Virus record (IMG/VR): IMGVR_UViG_3300032038_000016
Span: 1 to 64,000 of that record
Length of the DNA stretch: 64,000 nt
Reading direction: 5' to 3' (one strand)
Source of the DNA: a virus
Taxonomy: Duplodnaviria > Caudoviricetes
The notes beneath the pieces were generated by a model. That model was not told the DNA's origin. It ran no database searches and saw nothing but the letters and a program-made list of their open reading frames with translations. Of this stretch, positions 1 to 9,166 are shown one piece after another (positions within the stretch are counted from its first letter, which is position 1; each line of letters opens with the position of its first letter). The translations under genes were made by a program, and so were the position numbers.

Positions 1-61
1 TCAATACATATAGTACTATTATACATTTAAAACCCAATCATAAAGTTTCATATAGAAGGGA

Positions 62-1357
62 GTGAATAAAGCCTTGGCTAAATTAATCTATGATGAAGCA
101 GCTTTAACAGATTCTCAGATGTATAAATATGATATGTTTTTACATTCAAGAATCAATAAATATACAGGTGATGGAAGAACGATTGTAACATATTACAATA
201 TCAATGATCAATATACATCCACATCATTGGGTATGGAAACACATTATCAGATCTTGGGTAAAGATTCTCCATTGCGATATGATAAGATCATGAAGTTTGC
301 TTTATTGGGATTTTCACAATTATCTCCAAATGATTCACAAGCTTCCACAACAGAAGTTCGTAATTATTCATTAGATGGAGAAGCGTTTATTATTCCAGGA
401 ACCATCATGCCAAAAGAAAATGATTTCTTCATCATTAATCATTTACATATGAATCATTTATTCCGTGTTACGCAAGTAACACAGGATGGTTTAAATACCG
501 ATGGGTCATACAAAATCAGTTACTCATTATTCACCACAAATCCTCCAGAGATTGATGCATTAGAACAACAAGTTCTCAATACATATCATATGGATTTACA
601 AACAATTGGTGGAGAAGATTTAACTCCAATCATTGGAAAAGAAGAATATGAGTTACGTTCACGCCTAATCAAGATGATTGATGATATGGTGGAGAATTAT
701 GTTTCTCGGTTTTATGATCGAACAAATAATTGCTTCTTATTACATCTGAATGGTAGAACATTGTTTGATATGTGTGGGAATTATTTCATGGCAAAGAATA
801 GTGTGATGATTCGTGATAATGCGAATAATAACATTATGCTGAATCCTGATAAATGTCGTGATCCACGATTGGAGAATCTGTATCAGAAGTCTCCTTATAA
901 GTGGATCGAGAGAGATGCTCCAATTCGGTATTTAGACACATTCAAGTTCCATATTCTCAAGGGAACATCGTATGTTGATTCTTCTTTTTATAACTATGGG
1001 ACAGATGTTGATGTAATGGTACCGAATGATCCATGGTGTCACTCCCCATATTGTGAAGCATTTTTCCCAATGGAAGTATATGAGATATTAGATCATGAAA
1101 ACGATATTCGAACATGTGCAGTCGAAGAATGTCGACATTGCCAACATCGACATGAATGCATTCATGCACAGTACAAATTGAAACGTCATGATTATATTTC
1201 CATCATTCATGATTATATTTGGGGAAAGCTGACGAATATCAACAAGTTGTCTTTATATACCGGGGATCAATTATTTGATTTAACCGATTCCCAAGAGATT
1301 TATTTATGGACACCGATTGTCATTTATATTCTGAAGCAAACACTAAAATTGAAGTAA
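62..1357 (+). CDS. Putative virion structural protein (jumbo-phage type)
   Basis: 431-aa ORF with GTG start after AGAAGGGA. The GEAFIIPGTIMPKENDFF...LFRVT segment resembles jumbo-phage head/neck proteins (recognition by eye). First gene of a structural operon. Confidence 0.5.
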   Translation: MNKALAKLIYDEAALTDSQMYKYDMFLHSRINKYTGDGRTIVTYYNINDQYTSTSLGMETHYQILGKDSPLRYDKIMKFALLGFSQLSPNDSQASTTEVRNYSLDGEAFIIPGTIMPKENDFFIINHLHMNHLFRVTQVTQDGLNTDGSYKISYSLFTTNPPEIDALEQQVLNTYHMDLQTIGGEDLTPIIGKEEYELRSRLIKMIDDMVENYVSRFYDRTNNCFLLHLNGRTLFDMCGNYFMAKNSVMIRDNANNNIMLNPDKCRDPRLENLYQKSPYKWIERDAPIRYLDTFKFHILKGTSYVDSSFYNYGTDVDVMVPNDPWCHSPYCEAFFPMEVYEILDHENDIRTCAVEECRHCQHRHECIHAQYKLKRHDYISIIHDYIWGKLTNINKLSLYTGDQLFDLTDSQEIYLWTPIVIYILKQTLKLK

Positions 1358-1370
1358 AGGAGAGATCTAT

Positions 1371-3440
1371 ATGTTTCGACATCATCCGGAGTTGTTTAAG
1401 CCTCCCTACCCACCTCCTGGACCACCCTTCCCCCAGGATCCGTGTTATCCAGCCGCATCTGATTTTCCGTATCGTCCGTTACCTCCGAGCTATCCATATA
1501 TCAAACCAATTGTAGATAACACATATGCTGGTGAAGTATATCATGAGCACAATCGATTCCCCGTTCCAGGTCAATTACCTGCATCTGGTCCATTAAAGGG
1601 TAACGCATTTGTTGTTAAGAATTATTATCCATATTTGGTTGATACTTCATTTATGCGTTATGGTCATTTTTTAAGTATGCCTGAGAATGTGGTGACTCGT
1701 ATCTCCAGACGACCAAATGATACATGTGTTGATTTGTTTGGCACATTCGATCTGACAACAGGTATTAACAAGAATTCTATCTTGGCTGATTATCTGAAGA
1801 AATGCATTGCACATAAATGTGAAGAAATGCATAATGTATTTCCGATTATAAAACCCACATTGACATTCCGTCTGTATTATCAGATTCTGGATGAGATGGG
1901 TCAGATTGTTCATTCTGCTGTTTCATCTGCAATGGTCAATGACATCGTGTTCCATTTTACGGATGTTCGTGATTATTATATTGAATCTGCAAAATCAATC
2001 TTCTTGACCAATATTCCGACATTGGATTATGCCGGTATTTATCGTTTACGCTTAGAACGTTTAGAAGTATATGCTGATGTGGTAAATACTTATGATCACA
2101 TTACTGGTGATCTGAATCCATTCTATGCATTCACAGATAACAATACCAGAATCGCATTACAACCCGAAGCAATTGAAGCAGTCGGTGGTGATGAATCCAT
2201 TATGATTTCTTCAACAGAAATCAATCAAGTAATCGGATTCCAAGCAAAGATCACAACAAAGTTCAAGTTGAGCTTTACAGCATTCTTGTCCGACTTGGTC
2301 GTTTTACCAGATACAATGCCAATTTATTCTGCAATGTATGAACCAAATGAAGTGACATTAGCAACACTGAAGAAGGATGTTGTTGATTTACGTGAATCCA
2401 TTATGTTGATCAATACATCATTAGCAGATATGAAGAATGCAATTAACGAGCTTCGTTCTAAGGTGGGTGATCATGAAGAACGTATCACCAATAACACCAA
2501 GATGATTGAAGCACTGAATCAAGATATGGAAACCAATATTGATACATTGGAAACTCGTGTTGAGAGTCTGGAGAATCGGGTAACAATTCTTGAGAGTCGC
2601 CCATTGGCATTGAACAAATATAAGACTGGTACAGCATATGTTGCATCACAACTTGTATACAACAAGTATGGTCAACTGTATCAAGCAACCAAGGCATTCA
2701 ATGCAAGTGGTAATATGAATACCGAAATTGCTGCTGGTAGACTTGTTCCATTGGTAGTGGATGGTGAAGTATTCGAAAATGCAAATGCTGTTGTTGTGGA
2801 TGAACTCGTAACAAGAGTAGAAGCTGTTGAAAATGATATGTCAAACGCAAAGAGTGATATCACATCCAATAGCAAAAAGATCCAAATTAATGCGAATAGA
2901 ATCACATCAGTTGCTGAAAGAGTTGATACTGCTGAAACAGATATTGACAATTTGAAGACACGTATGACAAGTGCAGAATCCAATATTGCATTGAATCAAG
3001 CATCTATTACAAGTCATACCACAAGCATTGCAACAAATACAACCAATATCAGCAATCTTCAAACATCACTTGGTACAATGTCTGACAACATCACAACATT
3101 ACAAGGTGATGTTGAAACACTGAAGACTGATGTTCAATCCAATACATCTACAATTGGTGTATTGTCAACAACAGTTACACAACATACAACTGACATTGCA
3201 ACATTAAGAAGTGATACAGAAACAGCATTGGGAACCAAAGCAAATACAACAGATGTTGATGCAGCATTGCTGTTGAAGGCCGATGCATCAGCATTAGAAG
3301 ATTATGCAACAACAGAAGCATTGTCAGCTGTTGAAACAAAACTTGATACATTGGATGGATCTGTTGTTCAATATGTAACTACCGAAGAATATGAAGCTCT
3401 TGTAAATAAGAGCGGAATTTATGCAATTAAAGATGAATAA
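1371..3440 (+). CDS. Fibre-like virion protein (Pro-rich N-terminus, long coiled coil, small carbohydrate-binding-like module)
   Basis: RBS AAGGAG; PPYPPPGPP N-terminus; heptad-rich C-terminal half; YKTGTAYVASQLVY...LYQA resembles CBM5/12-like repeats. Confidence 0.55.
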   Translation: MFRHHPELFKPPYPPPGPPFPQDPCYPAASDFPYRPLPPSYPYIKPIVDNTYAGEVYHEHNRFPVPGQLPASGPLKGNAFVVKNYYPYLVDTSFMRYGHFLSMPENVVTRISRRPNDTCVDLFGTFDLTTGINKNSILADYLKKCIAHKCEEMHNVFPIIKPTLTFRLYYQILDEMGQIVHSAVSSAMVNDIVFHFTDVRDYYIESAKSIFLTNIPTLDYAGIYRLRLERLEVYADVVNTYDHITGDLNPFYAFTDNNTRIALQPEAIEAVGGDESIMISSTEINQVIGFQAKITTKFKLSFTAFLSDLVVLPDTMPIYSAMYEPNEVTLATLKKDVVDLRESIMLINTSLADMKNAINELRSKVGDHEERITNNTKMIEALNQDMETNIDTLETRVESLENRVTILESRPLALNKYKTGTAYVASQLVYNKYGQLYQATKAFNASGNMNTEIAAGRLVPLVVDGEVFENANAVVVDELVTRVEAVENDMSNAKSDITSNSKKIQINANRITSVAERVDTAETDIDNLKTRMTSAESNIALNQASITSHTTSIATNTTNISNLQTSLGTMSDNITTLQGDVETLKTDVQSNTSTIGVLSTTVTQHTTDIATLRSDTETALGTKANTTDVDAALLLKADASALEDYATTEALSAVETKLDTLDGSVVQYVTTEEYEALVNKSGIYAIKDE

Positions 3441-3454
3441 AGGAGGGTCATGTT

Positions 3455-5728
3455 ATGGCTTTTAATGGATCATTGGACCATCTCGTTCCACAGATGGGAC
3501 GAGTATTAACGAATGACAAATCAAAATTGAATCAGTTAAAGTTTGGCTATAACAGCACATATGTTAGACCAGCTGTCAATCGAGAACCAAAAGTTGATGA
3601 TAATAGCAAATTCAATTTCAGCACTTTTACCAATTCGATTCTCATTCAAGGTGTTGATAAAGCAGACCATGCATCAAATATGATGTATACATTTGACAAC
3701 TTTGGTGATCTGACGGATGAAAATAATGCATTTCTCAATAAGCTGAAAAGTCTTGAAGCTGATGGAACATTATACGCTGTTTTGATTGGTGATAATGTTG
3801 ATATCACAAAAATCCCAGATGGATTATTTGCAAATAATAAGTGCCTAAGATATGTTTATATCGGAAAGAAGATAACGGAGATTGGGAATACAGCATTCAA
3901 AGACTGTACAAATCTGAGCACTGTTACTGGATTTGATAATGTCGCAACCATTGGTCAGGAAGCATTCAGTGGTTGTGCTTCATTAGTAGAAATTCCAATT
4001 CGTTCGACATATCAAGCTTTAACAACGATTGGAAGTAGCGCATTTTTGGGATGTGCATCATTAACATCCATTACTCTCAATGATAATATTACAACTATTC
4101 CTGCTTCGACATTTTCTTTATGCAAATCACTCAGCGAAGTGAATGGCGGTATAAGTGTTGAGACAATTGGTTCATCTGCATTTAATGGTTGTGGAAAATT
4201 AATTTCACTTGGTAATATTGGTACATCTTTAACAGAGCTAGCTGCTGGCGGTTATCAATTCTATGGTTGTGAAAGTCTTTCATCAGTCAATCTTGGTGAA
4301 GCAATTACAGCTATTTCAAATTCAGCTTTTAAGGGTTGTAAATCTTTAACATCCATTGAAATTCCCGCAACTGTTACAACAATTAAATCATCAGCATTTG
4401 CAAATACTGGTATCACAGATATAGAAATTGCATCAAATATCACAGAGCTTGGTACTGAAGCATTTGCAAACTGTGAGAATCTTAACTCTTTCACTTTTGG
4501 ATCAGATAGTGAATTAACAACATTGGGCGATCGAGTATTTTCTGGTGATACATCAATTACTCACTTTAATGAAATCCCTTCTGGGATTACTACAATTTCC
4601 GTTGGTTTGTTTGATGGGGCTTCATTGCCACAAACATATACTCTCCAAGATACAATTACGGAAATCAATAGTAAAGCATTTGCAAATACACGCAATATTG
4701 AAACATTGTACATTGGTGAAAATATTGAAACAATTGATCCACATGCATTTGATAACACATCCATCAAGACGATCGTCATCAATAAGGGACCTGGTCAAGT
4801 TGATGGTTTTGAAACCAAGTGGGGTGCAAACGAAGATACCATTATTCGTTGGACTGGGAAACTCACAACAAATGCCGCAAAGGTTTCATTATTCAATACT
4901 GAGACACTAGAATTGACAGAATATGATACTATCGCAGATGTCAATAATGCATTAACTGAAGCATCTGAAGATGCTCGTTATGAATTGATCTTTGGTGATG
5001 ATTGGTGTTCTGCTAATTCATCAACATTCACACAAAGTATTCAAATTACAACTAATAATAGAGCAAAGATTTCAAAGATCACAATTGGTGAAGGTGTTAC
5101 TGCAATTGGTAATGGACTGCTGAGTGGATTTGTGAATGCCAATGAACTCGTATTACCATCAACTTTGGAAACAATCGGTAATGGATCATGTCAGATGGCA
5201 ATGATTGAAGATATTGTTATTCCTGATAGTGTTACATCAATTGGTGATGGAGCATTTGCAGGATCTCACGGTCTTCGTTCCATTACATTTGGCTCTGGTT
5301 TAACTGAAATTGGTTGTGGTGCTTTTAGTAATTCATTACCAGAGAATGGCAGCATGTATGATGATACCATCACAACACTAAATATCCCAGCTGCTACTAC
5401 AAAAATCAGCAATGGTGCATTTGCATTTAGATATACAATCAACACTGTCAATATTGGTGATGAAAATCATGCGTCACAATTGCAATTATCTGGTATCACT
5501 TCTAGTGAATATAGCAGTACTGGTGCATTTGTATTTATTGATCCTCGTGTATCTCGAACTGGAACATCGGAAAATCTTACAATCAATATTTATGGTAAAA
5601 CTGCTGAAGATTACACAAAGGAAACATTATTCAAAACAATTACTACTGGCGATTTGGATGTTCCAGCAGATATTGATGCATTCTTTACAGAGCATCATAT
5701 CCAAATTAACTTCATTCCAGTTTCTTAA
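3455..5728 (+). CDS. BspA/TpLRR-family leucine-rich-repeat protein
   Basis: Many repeats of type IGxxAFxGCxSLxSIxIPxxVTxI; RBS AAGGAGG. Confidence 0.9.
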   Translation: MAFNGSLDHLVPQMGRVLTNDKSKLNQLKFGYNSTYVRPAVNREPKVDDNSKFNFSTFTNSILIQGVDKADHASNMMYTFDNFGDLTDENNAFLNKLKSLEADGTLYAVLIGDNVDITKIPDGLFANNKCLRYVYIGKKITEIGNTAFKDCTNLSTVTGFDNVATIGQEAFSGCASLVEIPIRSTYQALTTIGSSAFLGCASLTSITLNDNITTIPASTFSLCKSLSEVNGGISVETIGSSAFNGCGKLISLGNIGTSLTELAAGGYQFYGCESLSSVNLGEAITAISNSAFKGCKSLTSIEIPATVTTIKSSAFANTGITDIEIASNITELGTEAFANCENLNSFTFGSDSELTTLGDRVFSGDTSITHFNEIPSGITTISVGLFDGASLPQTYTLQDTITEINSKAFANTRNIETLYIGENIETIDPHAFDNTSIKTIVINKGPGQVDGFETKWGANEDTIIRWTGKLTTNAAKVSLFNTETLELTEYDTIADVNNALTEASEDARYELIFGDDWCSANSSTFTQSIQITTNNRAKISKITIGEGVTAIGNGLLSGFVNANELVLPSTLETIGNGSCQMAMIEDIVIPDSVTSIGDGAFAGSHGLRSITFGSGLTEIGCGAFSNSLPENGSMYDDTITTLNIPAATTKISNGAFAFRYTINTVNIGDENHASQLQLSGITSSEYSSTGAFVFIDPRVSRTGTSENLTINIYGKTAEDYTKETLFKTITTGDLDVPADIDAFFTEHHIQINFIPVS

Positions 5729-5745
5729 TTATAGATTACTCAATA

Positions 5746-5769
5746 TCCCCCGGATATGGATCCGGGGGA
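5746..5769. terminator. GC-rich hairpin (terminator or processing site)
   Basis: TCCCCCGGAT-ATGG-ATCCGGGGGA just after the LRR gene. Confidence 0.6.
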
Positions 5770-5796
5770 ATACATAATTGAAAGAGGTGTTAAACG

Positions 5797-7035
5797 ATGA
5801 GAGATTATGTAATTTCATCGATTGATGAAGCATATGAATTTACAAAATTTGATACAGCATTAGCAATTATGGAATGCTATATCAAACAACTTGATATGCA
5901 AATATATTTTGAAGGAGCGGCCACAGCAACAGAGGCTCCTCCTACACAACAACCGGCTGCAGAAACACAGCAAGCAGCTTCACCTGATCCGGCAGCACAG
6001 GCACAAGCAACTGACCAGTCACAGCAACAAATGGGTGGAAATATGAACATAAATCCCAATTCATTGATCCAGGTTCTTATGAAGCTGATTGAAACATTAG
6101 TCGCTGCAACTGAAAAATTTGCACAAGCAACAGCAACACAAGTTGCGATTCAGCAAACAATCAAACAGGAAAATGAAATTGATCAAACCATCGATCAAGC
6201 AATTCAACAAGGTACAATTGATCCGAATGACGACAATTTGGTCAATGAAATTCTAGCTCCTGAAGAAGGTGAAGAACCAGATCCGGAAGATTCAAAACCA
6301 GAAGTTGTTGAGCGAAAGAAGAAGCTTGTGAAATGTGTTCTAGTTGGTGACTTTACAGGTGCTGGTATCTTCTCTCCAGATAGTATGTCAGCATTGCAGC
6401 AAGGTGTTGAAATTCTGAATGGATTGGTAAGCGAGTCAAAGCATATGAGAGGCAAGGATCCAAATGCAGTTTGCCAAGAAATCACCGCACAATTGAAGAA
6501 GAACAATGAAGCATTAGCAGCACTTCACGGGAACAATGCAAGAACCCAAGTGGATAAGTTTGGCACAACACAAAAGATGAGCAAGAAATCATTCCGTGAA
6601 GCTGAACAACAAGCAACAAAGATGATTGCAAAAATGTCTTCTCAATTGAAAACGATTGAGCAGATGTTTAAGCAGGGTGGATTCTGGAATGCTCTTGGTA
6701 ATGCTTTCACGAAGGATCTCGGTGCAAAAACAATTGCTACTGATGCTTATAAAGAATTGAAAAAGACTTTATCGGTTATTAGAAACACAATGTCATATGT
6801 TATGAGTGATATCAAACTTGTTAGAAAAGTAAACAAGAAGATGCTGAAGAAGTTAAATGTTATTATCGTCAACGGTAATAATGGTGTTCAAGCATATGCA
6901 AACAGAAAAGGTGTTGCAAAACAAGGTATCACAACACAGATGCTGGAAAGAAAAGATAAGAAACGTGTTTCTACATTTGATGGTAATGGTTATATGGATG
7001 CTAGTGCAGCTTATAATGCTGCTCCTGCTGTATGA
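5797..7035 (+). CDS. Putative internal head protein with shared N-terminal leader motif
   Basis: IDEAYEFTKFDTALAIMECYIKQ motif, then YFE|GA, a Q/A/P-rich linker and a basic helical C-terminus. Confidence 0.6.
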   Translation: MRDYVISSIDEAYEFTKFDTALAIMECYIKQLDMQIYFEGAATATEAPPTQQPAAETQQAASPDPAAQAQATDQSQQQMGGNMNINPNSLIQVLMKLIETLVAATEKFAQATATQVAIQQTIKQENEIDQTIDQAIQQGTIDPNDDNLVNEILAPEEGEEPDPEDSKPEVVERKKKLVKCVLVGDFTGAGIFSPDSMSALQQGVEILNGLVSESKHMRGKDPNAVCQEITAQLKKNNEALAALHGNNARTQVDKFGTTQKMSKKSFREAEQQATKMIAKMSSQLKTIEQMFKQGGFWNALGNAFTKDLGAKTIATDAYKELKKTLSVIRNTMSYVMSDIKLVRKVNKKMLKKLNVIIVNGNNGVQAYANRKGVAKQGITTQMLERKDKKRVSTFDGNGYMDASAAYNAAPAV

Positions 7036-7205
7036 TGAATCAAAAATATAATCAGTTAATCACTCCACGAGAAGAAGCAAAACCACTAAAACAGCAAAAA
7101 GAATCGTGGGTGAAAGTCATTGGGATATTTGATAAATCAACTGATCGACCAATTGATCAACTCAAATATCCTAATGAAACAAAAGAAGATAACGATGAAT
7201 CATAG
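7032..7205 (+). CDS. Small hypothetical protein (57 aa, not in ORF track)
   Basis: ATGA overlap with the upstream stop; MMNQKYNQLITPREEAKPLKQQKESWVKV...; ends at a hairpin. Confidence 0.5.
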   Translation: MMNQKYNQLITPREEAKPLKQQKESWVKVIGIFDKSTDRPIDQLKYPNETKEDNDES

Positions 7206-7232
7206 ATGTGTCGGGGCGATGCCCCGACATAT
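7206..7232 (+). terminator. Intrinsic terminator
   Basis: ATGTGTCGGGGC-GAT-GCCCCGACATAT followed by TTCTTTT. Confidence 0.75.
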
Positions 7233-7274
7233 TTCTTTTCGTTTGAACAATAATTTACAAAACAATTTAAGGAG

Positions 7275-7577
7275 ATGATTTGTATGATTACTGTTATCAA
7301 GGGTGGGAATATGACCCATGAAGAACAGAAAATTTACGAAGACTATATCAAGGAAAAATTCCCAAGATTTAATATTACCGAGTTAACCATCACACTGGAA
7401 ACTGATGAAAGAACTGGTGAAGAGATGGTGAAGCTCGAATATCATTATGAGAACAAGCCGGAGTTTAATATTCCATTTGAGAGAATCCGTAGAATTTCTG
7501 GTTATTTATCTCAGATTCCAAGAATCAACCAAGCAAAACAAGCTGAAATATCAGAACGATTGAAGCACAATACCTGA
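7275..7577 (+). CDS. Stand-alone NrdD C-terminal-like glycyl-radical domain protein
   Basis: FERIRRISGYL...NQAKQAEISERLKH matches the C-terminal glycyl-radical loop of class III ribonucleotide reductase; only about 100 aa. Confidence 0.75.
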   Translation: MICMITVIKGGNMTHEEQKIYEDYIKEKFPRFNITELTITLETDERTGEEMVKLEYHYENKPEFNIPFERIRRISGYLSQIPRINQAKQAEISERLKHNT

Positions 7578-7622
7578 TTTAATAATATTCGATATCGTGT
7601 AAAGCATGATGCTGAGTAATAA

Positions 7623-7645
7623 ATTGCGGGGCAATGCCCCGCAAT
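7623..7645. terminator. Bidirectional hairpin between convergent genes
   Basis: ATTGCGGGGC-AAT-GCCCCGCAAT. Confidence 0.7.
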
Positions 7646-7646
7646 A

Positions 7647-7997
7647 TTAATCATTATATTCATCTTTTACTTCACTAATTAGTGTGTTGATAACAATAAT
7701 AGAATCCATGATTAGTGTAGTTGATAATCGATAATCCCCATCATTTAAATGGTAATAATCTACCAAAGGAATTCCCATACCAGCTAAGTATTCAGAACCC
7801 TTGGAGATTGCATAATTTTGAATCTTCTCACGATTATGATCTGTGGATGCAATAATATCTTGTAACAAAATATACAGTTCATTCAAATCTCGTTTTAGAA
7901 TATCAACATTCTTTAATATGTTTTCTTTGTCAATATTCCCTGGGATGATTCTACCATTGGACAAATGGAATTCAATATCCGTGGTTTTGTTTTCCAT
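7647..7997 (-). CDS. Hypothetical protein
   Basis: RBS AGGAGAG before the ATG at 7997 (MENKTT...). Confidence 0.7.
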   Translation of the reverse strand: MENKTTDIEFHLSNGRIIPGNIDKENILKNVDILKRDLNELYILLQDIIASTDHNREKIQNYAISKGSEYLAGMGIPLVDYYHLNDGDYRLSTTLIMDSIIVINTLISEVKDEYND

Positions 7998-8130
7998 ATA
8001 GATCTCTCCTAACATAACATAATAAATTTCTATAAAAAAGTCTTGAAGCAACTATTTATTACACATAGAACGTAGTATTGATTTGTATCACTCATTTTAC
8101 CGTCAAAAGTTTTTATGTATTTTCTGTCCG

Positions 8131-8236
8131 TTTTTCATGCATAAGCACCAATTGTATTCGACAATTGGTTTACAATGAGAAGGGCTCATAACCCAAATCT
8201 TATTGTTGTTGAACATCAATCAGTTTCTATGAAGAT
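8131..8236 (+). ncRNA. Candidate structured RNA with an initiator-tRNA-like anticodon arm
   Basis: Hairpin 8147-8169 (ACCAATTGT-ATTCG-ACAATTGGT) and hairpin 8172-8206 capped by GGG-CTCATAA-CCC. Intergenic, followed by a palindrome at 8245-8264. Confidence 0.35.
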
Positions 8237-8273
8237 ATATTGTGACGGGGGCTTAAGCCCCCGTACATATATT

Positions 8274-9080
8274 TTATTCATTTTCAATTTCCAATAAAGC
8301 GATTAAGCATAACTTAATTTGATATAAAATGATTAAACAATCCATCACAATATTTTCAATATGCTGTTTTTCTTTTTCCATCACCATATCACAGGTACTG
8401 CACAATCCCAATGTATACGTATATTTTGAAAGGTATGCTGATAAATCAATATTCAAATCTGATAGATGTTTGATGGCTCTGTTATACATTTCAGAACTAT
8501 AGCGTTTTGTTGTTTCTCTATCATCTGCAGAATAATAATACATGTATAAATTAAATAATTCATCATAGTCATCTTCGATTTCCTGTAATGCTGTTTCCCG
8601 GTTATTGAACTCTCGGCAAATATTTAAAATTTTACCATTGTGAACATGAACTGTTGTATCAACAACGATTGACTTCTCATCGTTAATAATCAAACCATCA
8701 CGAATCAAATCATTCACTTCCTCGGAATCCAAATCAAGCAATTGGCAATTCTGGCGATATTCATGGATGTCTTTTTTTGTTGGGAGTTGTTTCCCCAGTT
8801 GTTTCATACAATGCAACATGTAACGGTATCTTGGGATTTGCCAATCTTTAAAATACATACGGTTTATATCTGGATTGATCATATTCCATCCCTCGAGTGC
8901 CGTACTGAGTTTGATATACTTATTATTGACATTCCATTCATCCGAAGGCTCAGGTTTTGGGAAATTTAACATTATTAATGCAAAGATGCATGACTCTTCA
9001 TCAGCATATGGATGCTTTGTTTTGGTTAGATCCAGCAAACTTTCTTTTGTTACCATGGGATTTGGTTTAGTTTGTTCCAT
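8274..9080 (-). CDS. Hypothetical protein
   Basis: 268-aa ORF; RBS AAAGGAG. Confidence 0.75.
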   Translation of the reverse strand: MEQTKPNPMVTKESLLDLTKTKHPYADEESCIFALIMLNFPKPEPSDEWNVNNKYIKLSTALEGWNMINPDINRMYFKDWQIPRYRYMLHCMKQLGKQLPTKKDIHEYRQNCQLLDLDSEEVNDLIRDGLIINDEKSIVVDTTVHVHNGKILNICREFNNRETALQEIEDDYDELFNLYMYYYSADDRETTKRYSSEMYNRAIKHLSDLNIDLSAYLSKYTYTLGLCSTCDMVMEKEKQHIENIVMDCLIILYQIKLCLIALLEIENE

Positions 9081-9166
9081 AATATACTTCTCCTTTCGGA
9101 ATTAAAATTGTAATATCACGTTAAATAAAACCCATCAATAATTTATCATTGTTAGGAGATGATCAT

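Noticed and set aside
8131-8236. tRNA-Met gene
   Set aside because: Only the anticodon arm matches; no acceptor stem, D arm or correctly placed T arm. Kept only as a possible mimic.
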